The notes under the pieces: model-generated
Seen by the model: the letters and a program-made list of their open reading frames with translations, nothing else
Databases searched by the model: none
What the model was told of the DNA's origin: nothing
Position numbers and translations under genes: made by a program
Shown: one piece after another, positions 17,574 to 26,719 of the stretch
Layout: the number at the start of each line of letters is the position of its first letter
Position numbering within the stretch: the first letter of the stretch is position 1
NCBI GenBank assembly: GCA_040901675.1
Contig: JBBDYJ010000013.1
Span: 64,001 to 128,000, forward strand
Direction: 5' to 3'
DNA: 64,000 nucleotides
Source of the DNA: Pirellulales bacterium
Lineage (GTDB): Bacteria > Planctomycetota > Planctomycetia > Pirellulales > JAICIG01

Positions 17574-20500
17574 TCAATCGGCTGGCTCCCAGTCGAGAAC
17601 CTGGCGCCAGAAGTCGAGCGTATTTTGCCGCCGGGTCTGATACCGGCGCAGATAATCGAGATGGCGCGGGGTCGTGGGATAGGCCTCGTCGGCTCCGTAG
17701 GGATAGCCGCTCATTCCCAAAAACGGCAACGGCTCGACCTGCTCGCCATAGACGGTGTTCAGGTCGGCGTCCTTGTCCCAGCCCACGTTGTAGAGCAAGA
17801 AGTCGCGCTTCCAGCCGGCCGGCGGGTCGCCGGCAGGCGCCTTGAACCGCAGCGACAGCTCGTCGCCGGCTCCCATCACCACCAGCAAGTCGTCGGTCTG
17901 GTCGAGCAGCTCGTCCACGGGTCCGTAGCGCGTGAAGTGCCCGGTCATGGCCGGCCACTTGGGCTCCGGGCTGACCTGATCATAGTCGAAGTGCTCGGGA
18001 CCAAAACCCTCGTCGGGGGTGCGCCGGGAAAAGCCCCGGTAGTCCAGCTCGGCCGACGCCAACTCCAGCGGAGTCAGCTTCACGCTCACCGGCTCCTCGT
18101 CGACGGTGAAGAAAGCCTCGTCCCAGTAGATCTCCATGTTGGTGACGATCCGCACCCGGTAGTCGTCGTGTACGAAGGCCCCGGATAGATCCACCGCGAT
18201 CGTCTTGGTCTTGCCGCCCGGAAAACCCATATAAGCTTGGGCCAACCGCCACTGGCCGGTTGCGTCGGGAACGTATAGCGCGGGAGGCTGCGGCGACTCC
18301 AGCTCCGGATGCCGCGAGATGCCCACATTCATGGAGCTGCCGGTCGGGAAGATCCAGCCGGTCAGAAACAGCGTGATCTGTTGTGGATTCTCCAATGAGC
18401 CGAAATCCAGCTCCAGCGCGTGCTCCTCGGCCAGGCCCATGCCCAGCTTGCGGTCGAAGGCCTTGAGATACTGGCCGTCGCGCCGGCGGACGCGGTCGAG
18501 CACGTCGCGGCCACGCTGGTCGCGCGCGGCCAGCGGCGTCCGGGGCATGGCAACGGTATGCACCTTGAACTCGGCGATCTCGGCCGGACCGACTTTCTCG
18601 TTCGAGTAGATCTCAACGCGGGCCGGATGGTCGACGACGATCAGTTGCACCTGGTCGAGGTAGGCGGCCTCCCACAGTTCCTCGGTAATCCGTAGATCGT
18701 AATGCCCGTCGCGGGGCACCAGTTGATCTCCGCCGATGCGCAGATACTCCCATTCGCGGGCCGGCGCGAAGATGCCCTCGGCAAGCTGCAAGCCCAGCGG
18801 CGCGGACCAGAGGCAATCGGTGACAAACTCGAATTTTTCGCCCGACCAGGCGTACAAGTAGGGGCACGACCCGATGAGGACCTGCTCTTCGCACAGCACC
18901 TGGTCGCGGTCGGGATTGAGGATGTTCTGCGGAACACCGGTGGTCCAGATCACTCGGGCGACGTCGGGTTTCGAGTGTTGACCCAGCCCAAAGTGCGTTT
19001 TTTGTCCCGACACCACCTGCCGCTGCCGCCTCGCGCCGGCTCGCAGCTCGATGACGCTGCCCAATCCGCTGTGGTTGACCCGGAAGCTGCGCGTCTGCTG
19101 ATCGGTGATTCCCGCGCGAAGCTCGATCGAGAGCCAATGGTTGCTGTTGCCCCCGTCGTTGTCGAGCAACACGACGCGGTCGGCGCTGGCGACGGCCAAG
19201 TCCTGGTCGCCGTCGCCGTCCAGGTCGGCCACGCCGACGGCCCGGACGGCTTTGGGGGCTGCGTCCACCAGCCGTGGCATCAGCCGCCACTCACCCTCCG
19301 AGACACCGCGGTACACATCGAGTCCCGCCTCGGACCAGGCCACCAGGTCGACCAGGCCGTCGTTGTCGAAGTCGCAGGTGGCGACGCCAGCGTGAGGAGG
19401 CTCAGCCAGGGCCCGAGTGGCCCGCCCCTGCAACACTCCTGAACGGCTTAGCTGCGTCAACACGACCTTCAGGCCCTGCTCACCGGCGGAAGCCAGGTCC
19501 CAGGAACCGTCGGCATCGGCGTCGAGCAGTGCCAGAGAGCTGGCTGATTCGAGCGCCTCGAATCCCGATTCCAACGGCTGCCAGCGAAGCTGGCCATGCT
19601 TAAGGTTTTCCAGGTAGCCGGCTCGCCCGGTCGGCCCGGCGATGACGACATCCAAATCCACGTCCCGGTCCAGGTCCACGCTCACCAGGGCCGTGGCCTG
19701 CAGAGCGGCGTCAGGCAGCTTGGAGCGCGAGCTGATGTCGTAAAAGGTCATGTCGCCCCGGTTGGACCAGAGCGAAAGCCCGGCGGCACTGGAGACCACC
19801 AGGTCGAGGTCGCCGTCGTGCAGGATATCCGCCGCGATGACGGCCAGCACTCCCCGCAGCGCATCGAACTCGGGCGCCTGGACCACGCGATTCAGCACGC
19901 GGCCCTCGGTCGTGGTGTCGAGCTGGTTGGCCAACAGGATAATCCCCGCGGGTCCGTACACAACCACGTCAACGTCGGCGTTCTGGCAGGCGGCCTGGCC
20001 GGCCACGGTGGTATCCTGCTGTTCGGGCGGTTGCGCCGGGCGGGCACCGCCTGCTTCGCCGGCCTCTTGGCCGGTGGAGCCCGGTTGTTTGGGATCATCC
20101 TGGTCCAGGTCGGCCAACAGCAACTGATCGAACCCGGCCGGCACAGCGGCTTGGGTGATGCGCTGCCAGGTCCTACCGTTGGCGATCCGGCTGTAGAGCT
20201 CCACCGAACTTTCCCTCAGCAGGATCGCGTCGGCCAGTCCGTCCAGGTCGAAATCAGCCAGTTTCAGATCCACGACACCAGCGATCACGGGCAGTTGGCG
20301 GTCGGCGGGGAGGGGCTTGAACACAACTCGCGGCGACTCGTCCGCTACCGGTGGGGCCGCGGGCCGCGGGCAGTAGCGTGGTCCAAACTCGTGCAGAACG
20401 TGCTCCAGCCGATCCTTGTCGACGCGCCGGCGGTCGATCTGGGTGGCCACCGAGGGAAGGATGACGTTGGCCAGCCTGGCGGATAGTTGAAACACGGTCG

Positions 20501-21269
20501 CATGATCGCCTTTTTGTGCAGCGGCATCGATGGTGGCGAGCACCTCCAGCGGGTCCAGACGCGTTTGCTCGCGGACTGAAGCGGCAATCGGCTGCACGGC
20601 CTGCCGGGCGCCGCTCAATGTCTTCATGATCCGGCCATCCTTGGCGGTGCCCAGCTCTCGCAGCGCGACTGCTAAAAGGAAAAGATTGTCGCGGTCCAGA
20701 TCATAGGCCTGGGCCAGGGTTTCCCGTGCCTGCTCCTCGCGGCCCTGGATATTCTTGGCGGCCTCGAAAAAAGCGTAGGCCGCGGTGGGATCCTCGGGGG
20801 CCAACTGCCGGGCCCGGCTCGCTTCGGCCGCCGCCCGGGTGTTGTCGCCGGCCGCCAGAAACACTTTCGCCGCCAGCAAGAGCGCCTCGGGCGACTCGCT
20901 TTCGACGGCGAGCATCCGCTCGGCCGCCTTGACCGCCTCGGCAGGCGTGGTTCGGTTCTGTTCCAGGCCGATCAACCGCGTGATGGTGAGATTGCGGTGG
21001 CCCAGCGGATCGTGCGGCATCTTCTCCGCAATTTCGGAAAAGACCCGATCGGCTTCGGACAACTTATCCGCGGCAAGTCGGCCACCCTCCAGGTAGCCGA
21101 TGGCCACGTTCTTCAACGACTCCAGCCGCCGGCACTCGTCGGGCGAGATGTCGTTGCGCGAAGACAGCCACGAAACCAGCAGGACCACGGCCGACAGCGC
21201 CAGCAGCACGGCGCCGAGCCGCAAGCCGCGCCCTCGGCCAATCCAGCCAGCACTTGATGATTCGGCCAT
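17574..21269 (-). CDS. TPR plus FG-GAP/VCBS plus ASPIC/UnbV (CRTAC1-like) protein
   Basis: N-terminal TM, TPR helices, many DxDxDGxxD loops, LHFG-like THFGLG..ARVIW, and C-terminal SCPYLYAWSGEKFEFVTD. Confidence 0.88.
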   Translation of the reverse strand: MAESSSAGWIGRGRGLRLGAVLLALSAVVLLVSWLSSRNDISPDECRRLESLKNVAIGYLEGGRLAADKLSEADRVFSEIAEKMPHDPLGHRNLTITRLIGLEQNRTTPAEAVKAAERMLAVESESPEALLLAAKVFLAAGDNTRAAAEASRARQLAPEDPTAAYAFFEAAKNIQGREEQARETLAQAYDLDRDNLFLLAVALRELGTAKDGRIMKTLSGARQAVQPIAASVREQTRLDPLEVLATIDAAAQKGDHATVFQLSARLANVILPSVATQIDRRRVDKDRLEHVLHEFGPRYCPRPAAPPVADESPRVVFKPLPADRQLPVIAGVVDLKLADFDLDGLADAILLRESSVELYSRIANGRTWQRITQAAVPAGFDQLLLADLDQDDPKQPGSTGQEAGEAGGARPAQPPEQQDTTVAGQAACQNADVDVVVYGPAGIILLANQLDTTTEGRVLNRVVQAPEFDALRGVLAVIAADILHDGDLDLVVSSAAGLSLWSNRGDMTFYDISSRSKLPDAALQATALVSVDLDRDVDLDVVIAGPTGRAGYLENLKHGQLRWQPLESGFEALESASSLALLDADADGSWDLASAGEQGLKVVLTQLSRSGVLQGRATRALAEPPHAGVATCDFDNDGLVDLVAWSEAGLDVYRGVSEGEWRLMPRLVDAAPKAVRAVGVADLDGDGDQDLAVASADRVVLLDNDGGNSNHWLSIELRAGITDQQTRSFRVNHSGLGSVIELRAGARRQRQVVSGQKTHFGLGQHSKPDVARVIWTTGVPQNILNPDRDQVLCEEQVLIGSCPYLYAWSGEKFEFVTDCLWSAPLGLQLAEGIFAPAREWEYLRIGGDQLVPRDGHYDLRITEELWEAAYLDQVQLIVVDHPARVEIYSNEKVGPAEIAEFKVHTVAMPRTPLAARDQRGRDVLDRVRRRDGQYLKAFDRKLGMGLAEEHALELDFGSLENPQQITLFLTGWIFPTGSSMNVGISRHPELESPQPPALYVPDATGQWRLAQAYMGFPGGKTKTIAVDLSGAFVHDDYRVRIVTNMEIYWDEAFFTVDEEPVSVKLTPLELASAELDYRGFSRRTPDEGFGPEHFDYDQVSPEPKWPAMTGHFTRYGPVDELLDQTDDLLVVMGAGDELSLRFKAPAGDPPAGWKRDFLLYNVGWDKDADLNTVYGEQVEPLPFLGMSGYPYGADEAYPTTPRHLDYLRRYQTRRQNTLDFWRQVLDWEPAD

Positions 21270-21326
21270 CCAATCGATTGTAAACCAAGGCCGCCACCAG
21301 AACAGCCCATCCGGCTTCCGCGCTTT

Positions 21327-22394
21327 TCACCCGCTGGCACAGCCGCCGGGCCAGACGCCCGAGATGAGCGGGCCCGCCGGATTGGCTTGCAGCCTGCGCA
21401 GGTGCGGCCTGTCGAGCATTGAAAAGGGCGAGGCTACGTCTTGCCACCGCTCGCCTCGCTGGGTGATGTACCGATCGGCCAGTGGGCCAAGGCGATCCTC
21501 GCTGAGACGCAGGTAGCTCACCTGTTCGGGCGCCAGGCCGATGATCCGTGCACAGGTGGCGTCGACCGCGGTCGGGTTGGCACCCACGATCACCAGCCCC
21601 ATCGGCTTGGCGCTGCCCATGATAGGCCCGTCGCCTTCCATGCAGAGGATGCCATCCACAATGGCGATCGTTTTGGGCAGCGAGGCGTTGATGTCGAACA
21701 CCGTGTGCGGGATGCCGGCATGGTGCAAGACGTTCTTCGGCCAGCCGTACTTGATGCCCGGAAGAACACCGTACATGTTCTTCAGCGCGGCGGTTAGCCC
21801 CACCCAGTGGTGTGTCTTGAGCTTGGGCATAGAGACAATCAAGTCCGCCTCGACCACCTGCCGCGGAAAATAGAATCCAGCCAGTGGCGAAGCCCGTCCC
21901 CGGTTGGGCACCCAGGCCACATCTTCGTAATTCAGGTCGGCAAACGGCAGCCCTGCTGAATCGAGCGCCTGGCCCAACCCCGACTCGCCCAGCGCCGACT
22001 CGCTGTCGCGGACGTGTCCCGGCGCCTCGCCCACTTCGACGCTGGCGCCCCAACGCCGAAAAACCTCGGCCGCGGCCAGCACCATGGCCGGGTGCGTGGT
22101 CATGTGCGCAACCAGGCGGCTCGGTTCGACCAGGTTGGGCTTGATCAGCACCCGCCGCCCACGCAGGCCCGCCGGGTCGATTCCACTGGCCAGCAGCCCA
22201 TCGCGGATTGTCTCGTCGAGCGGCCCGTCGTAGCGCTGCCCGCGCGCGATGAAGACCGCGGCCCGATCAGCCAAGGCCGACCGGAACAAGGGGTAGCCCA
22301 GCAGTCCAAGGGCCGCGGCACCACTTCCGATTAACAAGGCCCTGCGATCGGTGCGAGCAGGCGCGGCGTCGGTATCGGCGAATTCAGGCGTCAC
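21327..22394 (-). CDS. DUF362-family protein with a Tat-like signal
   Basis: TDRRALLIGSGAAALG, VLIKPNLVEP, TTHP, SMPKLKTHHWVGLTAALKNMYG, IVDGILCMEGDGP. GTG start overlaps the upstream stop. Confidence 0.88.
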   Translation of the reverse strand: MTPEFADTDAAPARTDRRALLIGSGAAALGLLGYPLFRSALADRAAVFIARGQRYDGPLDETIRDGLLASGIDPAGLRGRRVLIKPNLVEPSRLVAHMTTHPAMVLAAAEVFRRWGASVEVGEAPGHVRDSESALGESGLGQALDSAGLPFADLNYEDVAWVPNRGRASPLAGFYFPRQVVEADLIVSMPKLKTHHWVGLTAALKNMYGVLPGIKYGWPKNVLHHAGIPHTVFDINASLPKTIAIVDGILCMEGDGPIMGSAKPMGLVIVGANPTAVDATCARIIGLAPEQVSYLRLSEDRLGPLADRYITQRGERWQDVASPFSMLDRPHLRRLQANPAGPLISGVWPGGCASG

Positions 22395-23290
22395 GTGGAA
22401 CCTCCGCTCGTCCGGGCCAAACGCACCAACGGGCAGTCCTCGCCCAATGCCGCAAGGACCAGAAGCGCTGACTGGTGAGGGCCAAGGCCTCGTCGCTTGC
22501 GGGCGGCCTGCTCCAGCCAGCTCGATGCCCGCGGTATCAGGCGGCCATGCGCCGCCAGGCCGATCAAACCGTGCGCCAGCGACATGCTGGTGGTGGCGGC
22601 GGATAGATTGGCTTCGACATAGTCCAAAGAGGCCGCGATTCGCCTCCGCTCGTCGTGCTCGCCGGCCAATGCCAACAGGGCCAGCCCCGACGGCTCGACG
22701 TGGGGCAGCAGCCTCTGGCCAAGCACGATGGTGTTCCCGTAATTGCAACCGCCGCTGGCAAACATCCGGTCTACCAACAGCAGCGCGGCCTGCCGGGCGC
22801 GCGGGTGACCGGTGCGCCCGGTGGCTTTGAGCGCCAGCAGGTTGATGGCCGTGGGCTCGATCCAAGAGTGAGTGCCTTCGACCCAGGACCAGCCCTCCAG
22901 CGTCGGATCGTGGCCGAGGTCCGGCGCTTTCGGCAAGGTCTCACCTCGCGTCGAAAGGATCCAGGCGACCGCGCGGTCCACATTGGCCTGCCAGAAGCCG
23001 CCAGGTTGCCTGGTGCCTGGTTCGTCCGCCACACTCCAGGCCAGCACTGCCAAACCAGTGGGCCAGTGCGGGTCGCGTTGCGAGGCGGTAATGCCCAGGC
23101 TGCCGTCGCCGGCCTGCAGGGCGGCCAGCCGCCGGGCAACTCGGCCGGCGGCAGCGTGCCTCTGGTGGCCCGCCAACGCTAAAGTGGCCAGGGCCATGAC
23201 TTCCGTCGCCGCTGGCCCGCCCGGCCGATACGACCAACCGGCCTCGCGGCCCAGTGCATCGAGGAGTGGCGTGATCCAGGACGAAGACAT
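22391..23290 (-). CDS. Prenyltransferase/squalene-oxidase-repeat (alpha/alpha toroid) protein
   Basis: GWSY, LQAGDGS, GWSWVEGTHSWIEPT and GGCNYGN repeats, each followed by helices. Confidence 0.8.
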   Translation of the reverse strand: MSSSWITPLLDALGREAGWSYRPGGPAATEVMALATLALAGHQRHAAAGRVARRLAALQAGDGSLGITASQRDPHWPTGLAVLAWSVADEPGTRQPGGFWQANVDRAVAWILSTRGETLPKAPDLGHDPTLEGWSWVEGTHSWIEPTAINLLALKATGRTGHPRARQAALLLVDRMFASGGCNYGNTIVLGQRLLPHVEPSGLALLALAGEHDERRRIAASLDYVEANLSAATTSMSLAHGLIGLAAHGRLIPRASSWLEQAARKRRGLGPHQSALLVLAALGEDCPLVRLARTSGGST

Positions 23291-23293
23291 ATC

Positions 23294-23338
23294 TCTGGCT
23301 TCTGACCTCTGACGTCTGACCTCTGACTTCCGACTTCG
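23294..23338. repeat. Heptamer tandem repeat (TCTGACY-like)
   Basis: tctggct-tctgacc-tctgacg-tctgacc-tctgact-tccgact. Confidence 0.8.
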
Positions 23339-23446
23339 CCGGGCGGGATTTACCTCAAAAGTACGTCGCGAAAGCACTTGTCGCGTCCGGCCGCCGGGCG
23401 TGGCCGCGAGGGACGAAAAATTCCGGGAATTATTAAAGCCGGCAAT

Positions 23447-23474
23447 TTGACAAGCCAGGAAGCTGAACTAGGTT
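23447..23474 (+). promoter_or_regulatory. Probable sigma70 promoter of the flp/tad leader
   Basis: TTGACA (23447-23452), 16-nt spacer, TAGGTT, with AT-rich sequence upstream. Confidence 0.45.
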
Positions 23475-23625
23475 TCCAGTACAGAAGCAAACGTGCTCAC
23501 GCGAGCTTCTGTGGGTCGTGTCGAAAGACCGGCTCGCGCAGTCACGTCTTGCGGATTCCTGTCCAAGAAAAAAACTCTCGGTTCAGTTTCCGCGGATTGG
23601 CCTGCGCAAAGAGGCCTGCCGCCTC

Positions 23626-23724
23626 AACGTCCTCGACAAAGGCAAACCGGCCGCAAGGCCGGGACGCAAAGCCTAGGGCCGTCCGGAGCGATCCGGACGG
23701 TAGCCGGGTTGCCGAAGGGATGTT
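23626..23724 (+). ncRNA. Cyclic di-GMP-I (GEMM) riboswitch aptamer
   Basis: GACAAAGGCAAACC-GGCC-GCAA-GGCC-GGGACGCAAAGCC...P3 CCGTCCGGA/TCCGGACGG...TAGCCGGGTTGCCGAA, enclosed by AACGTCC/GGATGTT. G20, A47 and C92 equivalents are present. Confidence 0.92.
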
Positions 23725-23943
23725 GGCCGGTTGCCCCCACGGGCGCCGGCAAACCATCACTTCCACGCTCGATGCGATTGAGAGGCGCATGATGATGAGC
23801 GAGGGTTTCCGCAAGGTGCGGTGCAGGCCTGGGCGGCTATGCCGTCGGACGCACCTGGCGGAAACCAGGTTATTTGGTCAGTCCTGAGTTCGGGCCAACC
23901 ACGTGACGTAGGCCGGGGACTACCAGAACCAAGGGAGGATACT

Positions 23944-24126
23944 ATGAAGACTTTTGCTCTGAAGGTGCAGCGTTTCCTCGTTTCGGAAGACGGCCCGACC
24001 GCGGTCGAATACGCCGTGATGCTGGCCCTGATCGTCATCGTCTGCTTGACGGCGATCACCACGATTGGCCAGCGCGCCAACCAGACGTTCACCGACGTCG
24101 GCAACGCTCTGCCGGTCGCCAGCTAG
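23944..24126 (+). CDS. flp: Flp family type IVb/c pilin
   Basis: MKTFALKVQRFLVSEDG-PTAVEYAVMLALIVIVCLTAITTIG; RBS GGGAGG. Confidence 0.95.
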   Translation: MKTFALKVQRFLVSEDGPTAVEYAVMLALIVIVCLTAITTIGQRANQTFTDVGNALPVAS

Positions 24127-24176
24127 TGCACCTGCCGCCCCGGCGTTTTCGCCGGCGGACGGACAAGCAAGCGATT

Positions 24177-24212
24177 CCCCCCGGAGCCCTCGGGCACCGG
24201 GGGGTTTTTTTT
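24177..24212 (+). terminator. Rho-independent terminator after flp
   Basis: CCCCCCGGAGCCC-TC-GGGCACCGGGGGG stem followed by T8. Confidence 0.85.
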
Positions 24213-24362
24213 GCGCTCCGCCGCAAGGCGGGCCATGGACGAATTACCAGGTTCGGGATTTTCCTCCACGAAATCGCCCGCGCCTTTTTTGACCTATGCT
24301 TGAACATGGCGGGTTCGTGCTCCCGGCGGTTTGCCGGCCGCAGAACCAACGAGGCCCACACG

Positions 24363-24473
24363 ATGTATCCGGTACTTCCGTTTGACACACTGCCAGGCGC
24401 GGCCCAGACCATCCTGGCGTTTTTTGCGCTGCTGGCCGCCGCGCTGAATCTGATGCTCTCGGCCAGGGCCTGA
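24363..24473 (+). CDS. 36-aa hydrophobic small protein in the tad operon
   Basis: MYPVLPFDTLPGAAQTILAFFALLAAALNLMLSARA; single TM segment; GAGG upstream; GC-rich third positions. Confidence 0.5.
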   Translation: MYPVLPFDTLPGAAQTILAFFALLAAALNLMLSARA

Positions 24474-24529
24474 GCCGCGGCCGAGGAACACCGCCTGCGC
24501 CGCCGAACCAGTTTTTGAATGGAGACAAG

Positions 24530-25111
24530 ATGTTCGATCACAACTCCCTCGCACAGACCCTGGCCCAGAACTGGCCCTTCTGGCTGGTGACGGTCACGCT
24601 GGTCGTGGCGGCGGCCATCGACGGTTGGAAGCTCAAGGTGCCCAATTGGCTGACGTTCCCGATGATCATCAGCGGCTGGATCTACAGCGCGCTGGTCGGT
24701 TCCCAGGGCTTTTCCGGTTGGGAAGGCCTCGGCTACAGCCTGGCCGGCACGGCGGTGGGCCTGGCGCTGCTGCTGCCCGCCTATGCGATTGGCGGGATGG
24801 GCGCGGGCGATGTCAAGCTTTTGGCCGGCGTAGGCGCTTGGGTCTGGCCGACCGTCACATTCTACGCATTTTGCCTGTCCGCCGTCATTGGTGGGGTGAT
24901 TGCCTTGGTGATGATCCTGTACCGCAGGGCCTGGGCCAAGCACCGCGAGCAGTTCTGGATGATCTTCCTGGAAGTCATTACGCTGCGGGACCCCAACCAG
25001 TTGTCGGCCATGGCGGCGGAGCGCAAAAGTTCCATGCTGCTCTTGCCTTACGGTATTCCGATCGCGCTGGGGACGATCCTCTACTTTGCTTGGACTGGGA
25101 TGCTTTTATGA
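24530..25111 (+). CDS. cpaA: A24 prepilin peptidase (CpaA/TadV)
   Basis: AAAIDGWKLKVPNWLT, GGMGAGDVKLLAGVG, LPYGIPI. Confidence 0.93.
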   Translation: MFDHNSLAQTLAQNWPFWLVTVTLVVAAAIDGWKLKVPNWLTFPMIISGWIYSALVGSQGFSGWEGLGYSLAGTAVGLALLLPAYAIGGMGAGDVKLLAGVGAWVWPTVTFYAFCLSAVIGGVIALVMILYRRAWAKHREQFWMIFLEVITLRDPNQLSAMAAERKSSMLLLPYGIPIALGTILYFAWTGMLL

Positions 25112-25626
25112 ACGACAGCAACATCAGCAAGAGTTTGTTGGACCGGGGGGAACAGGTGGAAACACGGGTGGTCTCGGGACGAAATCGGTTTCAAAGGGTT
25201 TCGCGACTGGAGAAGATCTGCCGGTTGTGCCGAAGATACCGACGCGGAGCCGCAGCCGTGGAGTTCGCGGTCGTGGTTCCCGTGTTCTTCCTGTTTGTGT
25301 TTGGCTCACTCGAATTTGGACGCTTGCTGATGGTTCAGGCAGTCATCACCAACGCCGCCCGGGAAGGCGCCCGCAAGGGAGTGCTCGACGGTTCCACCAC
25401 CGAAGGTGTCACCGCCGCGGTGAACGACTACCTGACGCAGTCGTCCGTCTCCGGCGCGACTGTGACGGTTACTCCGAGCCCGCCCAGCAGTGCCGGTTAT
25501 GGAGAACCTGTCACGGTTAGCGTCACGATTCCTTTCGATCAAGTCAGTTGGCTACCATCGCCAATGTTCTTAGGTGGAAGAACGATGGCCGCCAGCACCG
25601 TCATGCGTCGTGAAAGTGTTGAGTAG
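25108..25626 (+). CDS. tadE: TadE/TadG-like pseudopilin
   Basis: RRGAAAVEFAVVVPVFFLFVFGSLEFGR...NAAREGAR. ATG 25108 overlaps the cpaA stop. Confidence 0.9.
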   Translation: MNDSNISKSLLDRGEQVETRVVSGRNRFQRVSRLEKICRLCRRYRRGAAAVEFAVVVPVFFLFVFGSLEFGRLLMVQAVITNAAREGARKGVLDGSTTEGVTAAVNDYLTQSSVSGATVTVTPSPPSSAGYGEPVTVSVTIPFDQVSWLPSPMFLGGRTMAASTVMRRESVE

Positions 25627-25673
25627 AGCCAAGTGCGCCGCGCGTGCTCGCGGCCAACGGTTGGAGGGGGGAC

Positions 25674-26687
25674 ATGCGTCCAAAATCAGTGATCCTGCTG
25701 ATCCTGGCGCTAGGCTGCGGCCTGGTGGCCTCGGTCGGCATCAACCAGGTGATGGCCAATCGCCGGGGCAACACCAACGAGCCGACCGAGACGGTACCCG
25801 TCCTGGTGACGTTGGGCGAAATCGGCATCGGCGATCCATTGAAACCTGAAATGCTCAAGCTGGAACAATGGCCCAAGAATAACGTGCCCAGCGGGGCGCT
25901 CGGCAAACTCGAGGACATCGAGGGTCGGGTCACCCGCGTCCGGTTTTATCCGGGCGAGCCGGTTCTCGACGCCAAACTGCTCGGCAAGGGAGAAAAAGGC
26001 ACGGCGGCCTCAGGGCATATCCCGACCGGCATGCGCGTGGTCTCGGTCCGCGTGGACGCGGTGAGCAGCTCCAGTGGGCTGATTCTGCCAGGCGATCGGG
26101 TCGACGTGCTCGTTCACGTCACCGAAAACCAGAACAAGGGCATTCCCCAGACCAGCACCAGGACCTTCCTGCAGAATGTGAAGGTGTTCGCGGTCGACGA
26201 CCTGTTTAACCGCAACAAGGACGAAAGCGCGATGGCCGCGAAGACCATTTCGCTGTTGGTTACGCCCAAGCAGGCCGAGTTGGTGATGCTGGCCACGCAG
26301 TTGGGCACTCTGCAGTTGGTCATGCGCAGCAACACGGACGAATCGAACTCCGACGCTCCGGGCGCCTCGGTGGAGGAGCTGTTGCAACACGACGATCAGT
26401 TCGCCTCCAGGCCGGCGCCGGTCGTGGGCCCGCGGGGCAAGAACCCGCTCATCCAGTTGCTCAATCAGCCCACCAAGCCGGAGCCTCAAGGCAAGCCAAG
26501 GGCCAGCGCCTGGGTGATGGAAGTGATCGAGGGGGGCACCGTGCGGGAAGTGGAGTTTGAGAACGAGGCACGTGCGGGCAAGACGGTGCCCGGCAGCACG
26601 AGACAGGTCAACCCGGCCCCGGGACCGGAGCCGCAGGCCGACAAAGACGACGAAGAAAAGCCTTCCCCCGACGAGGATGACAAATAA
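25674..26687 (+). CDS. cpaB: Flp pilus assembly protein CpaB/RcpC
   Basis: SAF domain, GMRVVSVRVD...GLILPGDRVDVLV...LQNVKVFAVD. Confidence 0.93.
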   Translation: MRPKSVILLILALGCGLVASVGINQVMANRRGNTNEPTETVPVLVTLGEIGIGDPLKPEMLKLEQWPKNNVPSGALGKLEDIEGRVTRVRFYPGEPVLDAKLLGKGEKGTAASGHIPTGMRVVSVRVDAVSSSSGLILPGDRVDVLVHVTENQNKGIPQTSTRTFLQNVKVFAVDDLFNRNKDESAMAAKTISLLVTPKQAELVMLATQLGTLQLVMRSNTDESNSDAPGASVEELLQHDDQFASRPAPVVGPRGKNPLIQLLNQPTKPEPQGKPRASAWVMEVIEGGTVREVEFENEARAGKTVPGSTRQVNPAPGPEPQADKDDEEKPSPDEDDK

Positions 26688-26719
26688 CCGACGACAAGAC
26701 AACCCGGGCGCCCAGGCGC

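Noticed and set aside
23748..23830. Second GGCAAACC as a tandem c-di-GMP aptamer
   Set aside because: It lacks the GNRA hairpin, GGGACGCAAAGC and the P3 receptor. Kept only as a possible alternative pairing strand.
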